This document shows positions 1 through 12,104 of a DNA stretch of 64,000 nucleotides, one piece after another. The notes beneath the pieces were generated by a model. It was not told the origin of the DNA. It was given only the letters and a program-made list of their open reading frames with translations, and did not search any database. The stretch comes from Malacoraja senta (Eukaryota), in contig CM075989.1 in assembly GCA_038087875.1 (NCBI GenBank), positions 3,162,001 to 3,226,000 of the forward strand. The letters are read 5' to 3'. A program made the translations under genes and the position numbers. Position 1 is the first letter of the stretch, and each line of letters opens with the position of its first letter.

Positions 1-239
1 GGCTGTGTGGGTCTTTGATGATATTAGCTGCCTCCTTGAGGAAGTGGTTCCTGTCGATCCATTTGATGGTGGGGTGGTCAGTACCAGTGATGGACTGGGC
101 AGTGCCCACCACTTTCTGTGACCGCTTTCATTCCTGGGCGTTCAAGTTACCAATCCATGTCGTGATGCAACCAGTCAATATGCTCTCTACCGTACACCTG
201 TACAAGTTTGATAAAGTATTCATGACATGCCGGATCTTC
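1..239 (-). mobile_element. Rex1/Babar-type LINE 3' fragment (degraded)
   Basis: Resembles by eye the reverse complement of Rex-type RT C-terminal coding sequence; cut by a CR1 tail at 240. Confidence 0.45.
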
Positions 240-410
240 ATAGAAACATAGAAACATAGAAACATAGAAAATAGGTGCAGGAGTAGGCCATTTTTTTCTC
301 ATCTCGGTCCTAAAAGACTTCCCCCTTATCCTCAAACTGTGACCCCTTGTTCTGGACTTCCCCAACATCGGGAACAATCTTCCTGCATCTAGCCTGTCCA
401 ACCCCTTCAG
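240..410 (-). mobile_element. CR1/HER1 LINE 3' fragment with internal deletion
   Basis: (CATAGAAA)n tail; ORF DRLDAGRLFPMLGKSRTRGHSLRIRGKSFRTEMRK nearly the same as CR1 ORF2 at ~21150. Confidence 0.9.
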
Positions 411-424
411 AGCTACATTGGACT

Positions 425-698
425 ATAGAGATAGAGCTCGGAAACAGGCCCTTCGGCTCACCGAGTCCGCGACAACCAGCGATCACCCTATACACTAGCA
501 CTATCCTACACACCAGGGAGGATTTACCGAAGCCAATGAACCTACAAACCTGCACGTCTTTGGAGCGTGGGAGGGAACCGGAGCACCCGGAGAAAACCCA
601 CGTGGTCACAGGAAGAAGGTAAAAACTCCATACAGACAGAACCCTTAGGCAGGATCAAACCTGGGTCTCTGGCGCAGCAAGGCAGCAACTCTACAGCC
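425..698 (-). mobile_element. HE1-type tRNA-derived V-SINE
   Basis: Reverse complement of the family consensus (tRNA head, GGTTTCCTCCCAC core, CR1-like tail). Confidence 0.9.
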
Positions 699-762
699 TT
701 GGTGAACTTTCTCTGTGACTGCTTCAATGTGCTGGCCACAGAGCAGATCTCTGGGCTCTGCT

Positions 763-1802
763 TAGGTATGTTACAATACTTACCTTCAGCCGCGCTGCAA
801 TTCTGCCACTGGCCGTGTGCGCGATTTTGGTGCCTTTAAGGGGGGGCGGGGTCAAAACGTGGTTTCTCCTCCCTTGTCCTGAATTATATTTCGTTGGAGT
901 ACAACCTTTTGCTGAAAAATCGTTCCTAGTGGCGTTTTGTGAATTTTTTATTTTTATTAAATCGTCAATGTCAGCGCTGGAGTAATTTTAAAAGCAGCTC
1001 CTGAAGCGTCAATGCCGATAACGGGGACGGATTTCACACACGGGACAGGTAAACGAAAGTGGTTTCTTTAAATGTATAAAAGTGCTTCTTAAGAAGCCTT
1101 TAATTCACATTTTTTCATGCGAAACGGTGATTTTATTCCCCGAACTAACGGCAGTATTTTTCATGCCAATACGGGGTTAAATTCACCGCAAATGAACGTT
1201 CCAAAAGATCGCGTTCCAGAAATCCTCACTCAGAAGATGATTTAAATGCCCATTAATTTACAGGTATTAAACATTCAATTCCTTCCATTTGGCCTGTAAA
1301 TTCATGAAAATGAGATTTAAAAATTATGTTATATTGTGAATTATTGTGTGAATGTTATTTGGACACTTAGGCTATTTAAAAATGTTAATCTATTCTTAAG
1401 AAATTGATAGATGTTTAGATCGAGTAATTGAATTTTGTAATTAGCTACAATTAGGTAACTAACTAATTATATGCTTTACTTTCATGTCTTCTAAGTAAGA
1501 TTGTTTCATATTTGTTTCAGAATGCTTCAATCTATAATAACTGAAAATTTCTTTCAGTTATCTTAATTTTTAAGAAAGGTATGGGCTTTTAACTGTCCTC
1601 GATCACAGCTTTTGTGTTAAGTCAATGGAAAAGCAATAGGGAACAAGATGCTAATTTCCGAGTATGCAAATGGCCATAACTTCTTTAATACTAAAGATAT
1701 GAAAGTGAATTAGGTGTCAAATTAAACTTCTTTTTATGCTTTATCTGATGGGATAAATTGCAGACTTTATTTTTAAAATCTCAAAATTTTGTAACATTGC
1801 TA
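763..1802. mobile_element. Non-autonomous hAT-like DNA transposon, 7-bp TSD
   Basis: Imperfect TIRs TAGGTATGTTACAA / TTGTAACATTGCTA; direct repeat CTCTGCT at 756-762 and 1803-1809; no ORF. Confidence 0.75.
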
Positions 1803-1963
1803 CTCTGCTCCAGGGTGGCTCCAGTAACACACAATTCTGTCATAACACAAGCAGAAAGGACTTTGCAAACATCATTAAGCATGTGTAGTAAAGAGGGGGA
1901 TTGGGGGGAGATATCCGTTTTATTGCACACAGCTGAAATTCCTCCATGTTAATGATGAATGAT

Positions 1964-2103
1964 GCACATGATAAATGGTAAAGCACTATTAGTGCCTGTG
2001 ATAAACTGTACAGCACAATTAGTGTGTGAGATAAAAGGCCACACAGGATTATGGTGAGCTATAACTGGTAATGCATAATTAGTGCACGTGATCAATGGTA
2101 ACG
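1964..2103. repeat. Degenerate 30-bp tandem repeat (~4.7 units)
   Basis: Units start at 1964, 1994, 2024, 2054, 2084; consensus about GCACGTGATAAATGGTAAAGCACAATTAGT. Confidence 0.7.
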
Positions 2104-2207
2104 ACCAAAGGAATTCTGAATCTGGTGCAACAATAACTTCACAGCAAAATGAAAGTGTTTGGGATTACCTGAAATGGGTGACTAAATCCCTTAACTCCTT
2201 AACCCAA

Positions 2208-2484
2208 GGGTAGCATGGTGGTGCAGCGGTACCCGGGTTCGATCCTGAATACGGGTGCTGTCTGTACGGAGGTTGTACGTTCTCCCTGTAACCTGCGTGG
2301 GTTTTCTCCGGGATCTCCGGTTTCCTCCCACACTCCAAACCGTACATGTTTGTAGGTTAATAGGCTTGGTATTAATGTAAATTGTTCCTAGTGTGTATAA
2401 GATAGTGTTAGTGCGCGAGGATCGCTGGTCGGCGCGGACCCGGTGGCCCAAAGGGACTGTTTCCGCGCTGTATCTCTAAACTAA
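2208..2484 (+). mobile_element. HE1-type SINE (deletion in head)
   Basis: B box GGTTCGATCC, V core, TATCTCTAAACT tail. Confidence 0.9.
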
Positions 2485-2596
2485 GTGACATTCACATACA
2501 GCGAGGGGCCTCTGCAAGTGTCATCTCCTGGGAGAATGATGATGCATTTATACTCTTTAATCTTGGGAAGTGGGCTCTCCTGGAACAATTACCTTT

Positions 2597-2740
2597 TAGA
2601 AACATAGAAACATAGAAAATAGGTGCAGGAGTAGGCCATTCTGCCCTTCGAGTCAGCAGCATCATTCAATATGATCATGGCTGATCATCCAAAATCAGTA
2701 CCCCATTCCTGATTTTTGCACATATCCCTTGATTCAGTTA
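2597..2740 (-). mobile_element. CR1 3' UTR fragment
   Basis: (CATAGAAA)n tail followed by ATAGGTGCAGGAGTAGGCC. Confidence 0.8.
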
Positions 2741-2855
2741 CCCACGTCCATCTGCCGAGTCTTCTCTTTGTACTGCTGCTCTCTTTAGCTAATGCCCCAC
2801 TCAGAAAGGCTATTCAAGGGCCTGTAGATATAAAAGCTACCTGATGTAGCTTTGC

Positions 2856-3128
2856 ATCACCGTGGCACAGTGGTAGAGCTGCCACCTTACAGCGCCAGAG
2901 ACCCGGGTTTGATCCAGACCACGGGTGCTGTTTATACGTAGCTTGTACGTTCTTCCTGTGACTGCGTGCGTTTTCTCTGGGTGCTCTGGTTTCCTCCCAC
3001 ATCCCAGAGATGTGCAGGTTTGCAGTTTAATTGGCTTCTGTAAATTGTCCCTAGTGTGTGGGCTAGAACTAATGACCTGATGGGCCGAAGGGCCTGCTTC
3101 CACTCTGCATCTCTAAACTAAAAACGAA
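2856..3128 (+). mobile_element. HE1-type SINE
   Basis: Family consensus match. Confidence 0.9.
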
Positions 3129-3404
3129 ACCACCATGGTATGAAGGAAAGAGCATATCCATGCAGCCACTGAAGATGATAAAGCAGTGGATGCTTCCCTC
3201 TAACAGGTCTGGGGTGGAATAACCATCCTCTAAACAAACCCATCCATCTCCTTCACTGACAAGTATCCATTCAGTATGATCTTCCTTTTGTTACGGTGGC
3301 TACAATTTTGTTCAGGCTATTCAGTCAATGCATGGTAATGTACAGGGTGACCCTTCTGAACTTCCAAAGTCACGAATATCCATTCACAGCAAAGCTCATC
3401 AGTG

Positions 3405-3850
3405 TCAGAGAGTCATGTAATGATACAGCGGCCCAACTTGCCCACACCGACCAACATGTCCCATCTGCACTAGTCCCACATGCCTGCATTTGGCCCATTT
3501 CTAAATCTCTCACATCTATGTACCTGTCTAATTGCTTCTTAACCATTGCGATAGTCCCTGCCTCAACTACCTCCTCTGGCAGCCAGTCCCATACACCCAC
3601 CACCCTTTGTGTGAAAAGGTTACCCCTCAGATTCCTATTAAATCTTTCCCCCTTCATCATAAATCTATGCCCTCTGGTTCTCTGCTCTGGGCAAGGGACT
3701 GTGCATCTACCCAATCTATTCATCTCATGATTTTATACACCTCTATAAGATCTCCCCTCATCCTCATGCGCTCCAGAGAACAGAGTCCCAGCTGACTCAA
3801 CCTCTGCCTAATGCTCAGACCCTCGAGTCCTGGCAACATCCTTGTAAATC
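3405..3850 (-). mobile_element. CR1 LINE 3' fragment (second subfamily)
   Basis: ORF RTRGHRF..KGERFNRNLRGNLFTQRVVGVWDWLPEEVVEAGT, CR1 ORF2 C-terminus. Confidence 0.9.
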
Positions 3851-3859
3851 GGCAACAAT

Positions 3860-4455
3860 AGATTCACAATATGCAAAGTTCAAACTACAGATGCGCCGTA
3901 GAAAGCATTTGATCAGGATGCATCACAACATGGTTTGGGAACAACTCCATCCAAGACCGCAAGAAATTGTAGCAAATTGTAGACGCAGCCCAGACCATCC
4001 ATCACACAAACCATCCTCACTTCCATTGACTCCATCTATACCTCACGCTGCCTCGGCAAGGCCAGCAGCATAATCAAGGACAAGTCGCACCCTGGCTGCT
4101 CCCGCTTCTCCCCTCTCCCATCAGGCAAAAGGTATAGGAGTGTGAAAACGCACACCTCCAGATTCAGGGACAGTTTCTTCCCAGCTGTTATCAGGCAACT
4201 GAGCCATCCTACCACAACCAGAGAGAAGTGCGGAACTACTATCTACCTCATTGGTGACCCTCAGACTCTGTTTGATCGGACTTTACTGGCTTTACCTTGC
4301 ACGAAACGTTATTGCCTTATCATGTATCGGTGCACTGTGAATGGCTCGATCGTAATCATGTATTGTCTTTCCGCTGCCTGGTTAGCACGCAACAAAAGCT
4401 TTTCACTGTACCTTGGTACACGCGATAATAAACTATAACTGAAACTGAGCTGAAC
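3860..4455 (+). mobile_element. Rex1/Babar-type LINE 3' fragment
   Basis: KTHTSRFRDSFFPAVIRQL motif; 3' UTR ending AATAAACT plus (ACTGA)n. Confidence 0.8.
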
Positions 4456-5114
4456 TGTTGCATCATGAACCTCTCGGAGACTGTGGTGGAAAAAAATGAA
4501 GATGTAGTCCGTCCTTCAAAGGCAGCAGTCCTATGTCACCAATTATGTCATCGAATGGTTAATATTCATCAGCAGCAGCGCTGGGTATTAAAAGCAAAAT
4601 AAATTGGAATTTGACAGCATTATATGGGACTGGTTGTAAACATTTCAAATCACCAAACACAAGCAATTGCTTTTGAAGTAAACCAGCTGTTGTGCACACT
4701 ATACATGCACTAAAATCGCAATGAGAATGATAGTAGGATTATAGATGTTTTAGTGCTGTGGGGGGACATTTAGACCTCCACTCCTGTATACATGCTGGCT
4801 TAATATCAGCAAAGTACACATTGGTACCAAACCCTTGTTCCTTCGTGTAAGCTTTAAATGCCTTCTTCATTTTATCCTCTTAAATATCATGTTTGATGGC
4901 CCCAGTAATCGTTCGTGCCAATATATTCCTGATAGTAATGCATAAAGTGCAAAAATAAATTCTGCTTGCTCTTTTAATTTTTCATCATCAATTTGTCCTC
5001 TTATTGCCATTTTAGCAATCAGGAAAATAATCTTCCGCTATTTATTCTCCTTCAGCTATCAAAACTGAATGTGTTTTGTATTAAATATCCCTAGTTCCTC
5101 TCCTGAGATTAATG

Positions 5115-5425
5115 TACAGATAATCTGGTTTATTCATAGAAAACAGAGGATTGTGGTGGAAGGAAGATTTTCTGGCTGGAGGTCTGTGACCAGTGGAGTT
5201 CCACAGGGATCTCTGCTGTTTGTGATGTATATGTATGAATGACTTGGATGTAAATGGGTAGATGGGTTGGTGAGTAAGTTTGCTGACGGCACCAGCATTG
5301 GAGGAGATGCAGACAGAGAGGAAGGCTGTCAGAAGATACAGTGGGATACTGATCAGATGCAGAAATGGGCAGAGAAATGGCAAATGGAGTTTAATCCGAG
5401 CAAGTGTGAGGTGTTGCACTTTGAC
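5115..5425 (+). mobile_element. CR1 RT fragment
   Basis: VSKFADGTSIGG...WAEKWQMEFNPSKCEVLHF. Confidence 0.85.
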
Positions 5426-5509
5426 TGTAAGGGGAGAGTATACATTTAATGTCCAGTTAATCTGTTCCTTGAAGTAGGAAATCTAGCTAGTAGATCTCAG
5501 CGTCAAGTA

Positions 5510-5584
5510 AATGAATGAATGAATGAATGAATGAATGAATGAATGAATGAATGAATGAATGAATGGATGAATGAATGGATGAAT
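5510..5584. repeat. (TGAA)n microsatellite at the tail of a minus-strand retroelement remnant
   Basis: About 18 TGAA units, followed by a tail sequence shared with 18165 and 52160. Confidence 0.9.
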
Positions 5585-5699
5585 TAATACTTTAGTGTCA
5601 CATGTGACAAGTTACCATGAAATTCTTTGTTTTGCATACCCCAGGTATGCAAAGAGTCACCACATAAAGGGCACCATTAGAAGGGCGCCATGAAATGTC

Positions 5700-6110
5700 A
5701 TTGGTGAGTTGGATTAAGGAAGATCACAAGGCTTTTGATACATATGTTTAAACACATGAGGATGACCAGGGAGAAGGTGGGACCGCTCAAGGATCATGGA
5801 GGAAATCTATGCTTGGAGTCGGAGGATGTAAGTGAGGTGCCAAACGAGTAGTTTGCATCTGTATTCACTGAGGAGAAGGACTCGGAGGACAGCGAGATCA
5901 GTGTGGAGAATACAAATATGCTCGGGTAGTTTGAGATCGAGAAGGAGGGGGTGCTGAGGCTCTTGAAGACCATTAAGGTGAATAAATCCCCAGGGTCTGA
6001 TGGGAATCATCCCAGGTTATTGAGGGAGACTGGAGAGGAGATTGCAGGGGCCCTGACAAAAGCCTTGATTTCATCTCTAGCCACAACAAGGTTGCCGAGG
6101 ACTGGAGAAT
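5700..6110 (+). mobile_element. CR1 ORF2 fragment
   Basis: LKTIKVNKSPGSDGNHPRLLRETGEEIAGAL. Confidence 0.8.
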
Positions 6111-6909
6111 CTCTGGTGCTGAGAGTCAGCAACTCCACCGCTTCACCACCATGTTGCCACTATGGTGGGGAGAGAAGATTTTCACCTTTAATCTTGGAGT
6201 GGAATTGAACAAATAACTCACTGTATCTGAAGAAGAATACTCCCAGCTGATCAATACTGAGAGGACATAAAGGCCATATCCCCTTTGCTAATCATATAGA
6301 GCCAATAATATTCACTTAAAAAAAACACTGCATCAAATGTAATGTTTACCGTTTAATACATTAATTCTTATTATGCGATGCAACTTTTAATTTACACATC
6401 TTAATAATTTACACATTTTAATATTCAACAATGAAGATTATTTTTTATTGATGGAGATGATGTATTTCTTAAGACCTATTTCAACACGTTTTTTGGCAAT
6501 AACTGTGTTAGCCTTGGCAGTTAAAGCATTGGGAATAATTAGAGAGAGTATATCTCCATCTGTGTAATCTTTACACACAGTTAGCTATGCAGTAAATCTC
6601 CCTCTATTTAATCCAGTCCTCACAAATCAGATACAGCAAAGTTTTGATGAAGAGTAATTACTTTGCCAAACTTCTGCCAACGCACACAGGCAGATAAGAG
6701 GCAGCTTGCAGTCAAAGGCTTAGAGATTGCTACATAACATTCTTCTAACCTATCGTACCATTGACTGAAATCTAATTTGCAGCGATTGGACCTCACACCA
6801 AGTTTGGGCTGTTCACCACAATATTGACTTGTCCGTCACAAGAACTTGCTCTCACTTACGTTTGCACGTCCTAAGATGCAAAGCAGTCAGCATCTAACTG
6901 TTCAAAACA

Positions 6910-7043
6910 TGTGTAGGAAGGAACTGCGGATGCTGCTCGACACAGATGATAGACACAACATGCTGGAGTAACTCAGCGGGTCAGGCAGCATCTCTGGAGA
7001 AAGGGAATAGGTGACGTTTTGGGTTGAGACCCTTCTTCAGACT
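6910..7043 (-). mobile_element. Penelope-like terminal module
   Basis: Reverse complement of CTGAAGAAGGGTCTC.ACCC.AAACGTCACC...GCAGTTCCT. Confidence 0.8.
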
Positions 7044-7256
7044 CGTTAAAAAATGTTCTCAGAATCATATTTTCATACTCTTTAAGATATTGAAAATAGT
7101 TGGTAAATTAAATCATCAGTAATTTATCAACAAAAGTATCAGCTGACACTGTTACTCTCACTCTTATCAAGACATCCTCCCTCTCAGACTTTCTCCAGTA
7201 AACAGGATGTTCAGAATTTTTTGCATTGTCAAAGCTCTGCTCAGATGCTTCAATTC

Positions 7257-7553
7257 AGTATAGAGATGCAGCGCGGAAACAGGCCCTTCGGCCCACCGAG
7301 TCCATGCCGACCAGCGATCCCGCACACTAACACTATCCTTCACGTACTGGGGACAGTTTACGATTTTACGGAGCCAATTAACTAACCTGCAAACCTGCAC
7401 ATCTTTGGAGTGAGGGAGGAAACCGGAGCTTCCTGGAGAAAACCCTCGCAGGTCACGGGGAGAACATACAAACTCCATATAGACAGCACCTGTAGTGAGG
7501 ATAGAACCCGGGTCCCTGGCGCTGTGAGGCAGCAACTCTACCATTGCGCCACT
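7257..7553 (-). mobile_element. HE1-type SINE
   Basis: Family consensus match. Confidence 0.9.
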
Positions 7554-7840
7554 ATAATCTGCTTCTCTTAGACCATTGTTCTGTGGCAGTTGCTTGCGGC
7601 TTCAGCTTCTTCTTATTATCAAAACATGGTCACACAGGTTTCTCGTGATGGCCTCCTTCATTTGAGTGCTTACTCACGAGTATTCAAGGACTATCCACGT
7701 CCTTATTGATCAGCTATTGGAATGGCTCCACACAGTCATCTCATGAGTGGCAGGAGATTGCTCAGATGGCTGGTGAATTGAGAAAACTAATATCTGTCAC
7801 GCTCAACATCTCCTCCTCTGCCTTGTCAGAGATCGGCAAG

Positions 7841-8178
7841 AGCAGCACGGTGGCGCAGCGGTAGAGTTGCTGCCTCACAGCGCCAGAGACCCGGGTTCTA
7901 TCCTCACTACAGGTGCTGTCTATATGGAGTTTGTATGTTCTCCCCGTGACCGTGTGGGTTTTCTCCGGGTGCTCCAATTTCCTCCCACACTCCAAAGACG
8001 TGCAAGTTTGTAGGTTAATTGGCTTCTGTAAATTGTAAATTGTCCCTGGTGCATGTAGGACAGTGGCAGTGTGCGGGGATCGCTGGCCGGTGCAGACGTG
8101 GTGGGCCGAAGGGCCTGTATCCGCGCTGTATCTCTAAACTAAACTAAACTAAATTAAACTTAACTAAACCAAACTAAA
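7841..8178 (+). mobile_element. HE1-type SINE
   Basis: Full length, (AAACT)n tail. Confidence 0.92.
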
Positions 8179-8633
8179 TCTGTTGGCTTCTTGTGTCTGT
8201 ACATGGTCTCCAGTCCCTGGCCAATGGATAATTTATCTCACTTGGCCAAGGCAACCATTGACTCCCTTGGCTTTGACAGGACCTGGCCTCCGACTATTGC
8301 TTGTGTTGATGTGATTCTCAAAGCAGAATCCCTTCACTTGAGCATTCATCTTTTATTCATTCAGCTTCCAGAGGTTCTTTGTGAATCTGCTCACCAGGGC
8401 CCTCAACTCTGGGTCAGGATCCATCTCTGCCTCGCCCTCTGTTCCTCTTTCTAGAACATAGAACAGTACAGCACACGAGCAGGCCCTTCGGTCATACATG
8501 ATGCCAAGACCAACATGTATCTGCCTGTGCAGGATCTATATCCCTCCCAACTTTACATATCCATGTGTCCCAGATAGAACAATGATATTCTTGTGCTACT
8601 GCAAGTAAGAACGTCATTGTTCTATCTGGGACA

Positions 8634-9500
8634 TCAATATATCTATACATAACTAAAACTCTGATCTTGTGCTCTTCTTGTTTTACATTTATTTCTATTT
8701 GCGCAAAAACGGTACGCGATAGCACTACGATTTTACTCACCTTTCTCCTGTGCTCAAGGGCAACACGTTTTGTTGCGATCGATGGTATATTTTAAAAGTT
8801 ATTAAGGTTTAAAAATGCGCAGATTGGTCTCCTCTGCTGTCAGTTGTTGACTCACAGATTGGTCCCCTCTCCTGTCATTCACCGTCCCAGCCTGGGACGG
8901 CGACGCCCCTTCCTGCACCATCGGCGCACTGATTGGCCGCGTCCGCTGTCAGTCACCGGCGGCACCAGCCTCGCCCGGCATTGCCTGGCACCTCAGTCGG
9001 TCAGCAGCGGCCAGAGAGGATTGTCACAGTTGCTGGAGAGCACGGCCACAGCCACAGCCACAGCCGCAGCCACCGGAGGACACGGCCCGCTGCGTGGAGA
9101 GGGAGAGGTGAGGGAGGGATTGGGGGAGGGGAGGAGGAGAGGGGAAAGAAGAGGGAAGGTGAAGAGGAGGGGGAGAAGGTAGAATAGAGGGAGAGGAGGG
9201 CAATGGAGGAGGTGAAGTGGGATAGTGGGGGGAATAGGGATAAGAGGGGGGTAGGAAGGGGAGAGGAGTTATGGAGCGAGGGAGGGAGTGACTGAGAGAA
9301 GGGGAAAGGAGAGGGAGGGAGAGGTGAGGGAGGGATTGGGGAGGGGAGGAGGAGAGGGGAAAGAAGAGGGAGGGTGAAGAGGAGGGGGAGGGACTGCTGG
9401 GGAGAGCGAAAGCAAGCCACGCCTGCGCAGTTGGGGGCTATGCGTGAGTGGTGGAATATTGCGTTGGGGAGCGGACCCAACGGGTCTGTACTTAGACTAG
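8634..9500 (+). mobile_element. Non-autonomous Helitron
   Basis: A|TC start, CTAG|T end, subterminal hairpin GCGGACCC-AAC-GGGTCTGT (9471-9489), no TSD; GA-rich interior 9100-9395. Confidence 0.8.
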
Positions 9501-9552
9501 TCTGACAATAAAACACTCTTGACTCTCTCGACACCCTTGTCTACCCTCTAGC

Positions 9553-9790
9553 CTCTTTTTTATATAATATTTTTATTAAAAGCATATGTACAAATAGTAA
9601 TAAACAACAAACTGGTTACAGAGTTCTTACATAGCTTCAATTTTTAAAGTTGTTTTTAAAAGAAAAGAAATAAAGAAAGAGATAGGAGAAACTATGAGCT
9701 AATAGAAAGAAAGAAAGCAAGAAAGAAAGGAGATTACAAATATAAAGATTGTGGAGATAGATCCAGGAGATGTAGAGTATGTTCCCCTCA
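9553..9790 (-). mobile_element. Probable L1 3' end
   Basis: Poly-T plus ATAATATTTTTATTA, as at the L1 tail at 48670. Confidence 0.5.
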
Positions 9791-10143
9791 AGCCTCTTAA
9801 ATGTCATTGTTGTATCTGCCTCCACCACTGCCCCTGAGTTCACCTACCCCTGTAAGATTCTCCCAGCCAGCTTCAGACTACTCACTATGTGGATAGCACA
9901 TAACCTATTGGTTTTAACACTTACCTTTAGATGAATGGCTTGTCATGGCTTGCTTCAAAATGACATTGCATGTTGCTCCAAAGTCCAACATGGTATCATT
10001 GGTTTCCATGGCACAGACATCTGGGTGTAGATTCATCAGGCCATTGTTTAGGTCATAGATCTCAGTTGGATATGTTGTTTCCAATTGATGGCATGAAGGT
10101 GATCTGTCCCTGTTCTTGCACAGCTCATATCATCCACCTTTTA

Positions 10144-10462
10144 GGGGCGACACAGTGGCGCAGCGGTAGAGTTGCTTCCTCACTGCACCAGTGACCCGGG
10201 TTCGATCCTGACTACGGGCGCTGTCTGTATGGAGTTTGTACGTTCTCCCTGTGACCACATAGATTTTATCCAAGTGCTCCAGTTTCCTCCCACACTCCAA
10301 AGAGGTCCAGTTTTGTCGGTTAATTGGTGTCGGTAAAATTCTAAAATTGTCCCCAGTGTGTAGGATGGTGTTAGTGTACGGGGTGATCACTGGTCAGCAT
10401 GAACTCGGCGGGCCGAAGGACCTGTTTCCACGCTGTATGTCTAAAGTCTAAAGTCCAAAGTC
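10144..10462 (+). mobile_element. HE1-type SINE
   Basis: Full length, (TAAAGTC)n tail. Confidence 0.92.
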
Positions 10463-10836
10463 TTGGTCTTCCAATGGATTTTTATGAAGCACTATTGGTG
10501 GAATAGTCACGTCACAAAAAGTGCACTCTCTTTCCTTCCATGGGACAGTTCTATTCATGTAGCCTTCTCAATACGTGTAATACTGAAGCAATCGTTGCTG
10601 CATATCTTCTCTCACCATTCACCACACACAGCCACAAAGTCACACAACAATGCAAACAGGCACTTCGGTCCAACTCCTCCATGCTGACCAAGATGCCCCA
10701 TCCAACCAGTCCCATGTGCCCATACATGGCCCATACCCCTCTGAGCCTTTCCTATCCATGTATCTGTCCAAGTGCCTTTTAAATGCTATTTTAGTACCGG
10801 CCTTAATTATTGTGAGTAGGTAGGAACTGCAGATGC

Positions 10837-11066
10837 AGGGCCTGTCCCACTTTCACGACCTAATTCACGACCTCTGCCGAGTTTGCCCTTGACTCATACT
10901 CGCAGCATGGTCGTAACGAGGTCGTAGGAGATCGTAGGTAGGTCGTAGATAGGTCGTAGGTAGGCCGTGATGCTAGTCGTAGGTACTCGTGGCATCAAGT
11001 AGGTCGGGGCGTTTTTTCTAGCCTGATGAAAAATGTCCATGAGTAAAAAATGTCGTGAATTAGGTC
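10837..11066. mobile_element. PIF/Harbinger-like MITE, right end lost, inside a Penelope-like module
   Basis: AGGGCCTGTCCCAC terminus; GACCTAATTCACGAC inverted at 11052-11066; GTAGGTC-type internal repeats. Confidence 0.7.
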
Positions 11067-11430
11067 AGACAGACATAAAATGCTAGAGTAAACTAATGGG
11101 TCAAGCAACATCTCTGGAGAAAAGGAATAAGTAATATATCGGGTCGAGACCTTTCTTCAGACCCTTCTTCTGGAGTCTAAGTAAGTAAGTAAGTACGTTT
11201 ATTGGCCAAGTATTCACATACAAGGAATTTGCCTTGGTGCTCCGCCCACAAGTAACAACATGACATACAGAGACAGTTACGAATGACTCAGAAAATCCTA
11301 AACATTAATAATAATAAGACATTAATGAGTGGATCTGAAGAAGGGTCTCAACCCGATATGTCACCTATTTCCTTTCTCCGGAGATGCTGCGTGAGCCGCT
11401 GAGTTACTCCAGCATTTTATGTCCATCTTC
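11067..11430. mobile_element. Penelope-like fold-back module interrupted by a Rex-type tail (11178-11330)
   Basis: Inverted module halves; interposed tail matches the reverse complement of 43040-43180. Confidence 0.7.
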
Positions 11431-12104
11431 TGCCTCAATTATTCGCCAGCAGCTCGTTCCTTACACCCACCACCTGCTCAGTGAAAAAGCTGCCCTTCAG
11501 GTTCCTATTAATTCTTTCCCCACTCACCTAAAACCAATGTTCTCTGGTTCTTGATTCCCCTCCCCTTAGGTAAAAGACTGGGTGCATTCACATGTGCATT
11601 CAGCAGTCCACACTTTCTGAGCTTCATTTGGCCATGAGATGTTTTTACACCGGATGTACACATGCATTTTTTATTAGAATTCTCACCCAGAATCAAAGAC
11701 CTCAGACAAGGTTGGTGGATTTCTAAATGATTTGATCTTTGATGAGTGGATCCTTCACAGGTTCAACATTGTAATTATACGCTAACAATCTTTCCTCCCT
11801 CATGAAAACTTCAACCAATGGTCTCTGTTCCCAGTCACACGTTAAAAAGGACTAATAGAGGTCAACTGTTTCATCTGTAGGCAGGTTGTAATGTATTTGT
11901 AATGCATCTAATGGACTCCCTCACGTCTGGTCTGAGGGCTTTATTGGATGGGACAATTTTCTCCCCTTGTGACCAACCAGATAGAATAACAACTTGACTT
12001 TTTGTCTATTCTCATTTATCTGCCACAGTTGGCTCAATATACAGTGGAAATTCTTCATCCACTCCCACCATCCTTTTAGCAAATAACGGGAATGTAGATC
12101 TCAG

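Noticed and set aside
7841..7915. tRNA-like sequence with A and B boxes
   Set aside because: SINE head continuing into the V core and LINE-like tail; not a tRNA gene
8844..9534. Arg/Gly-rich and Pro/Ser-rich ORFs
   Set aside because: Arise from the low-complexity Helitron interior; likewise 57378-57881 from the G-rich tract
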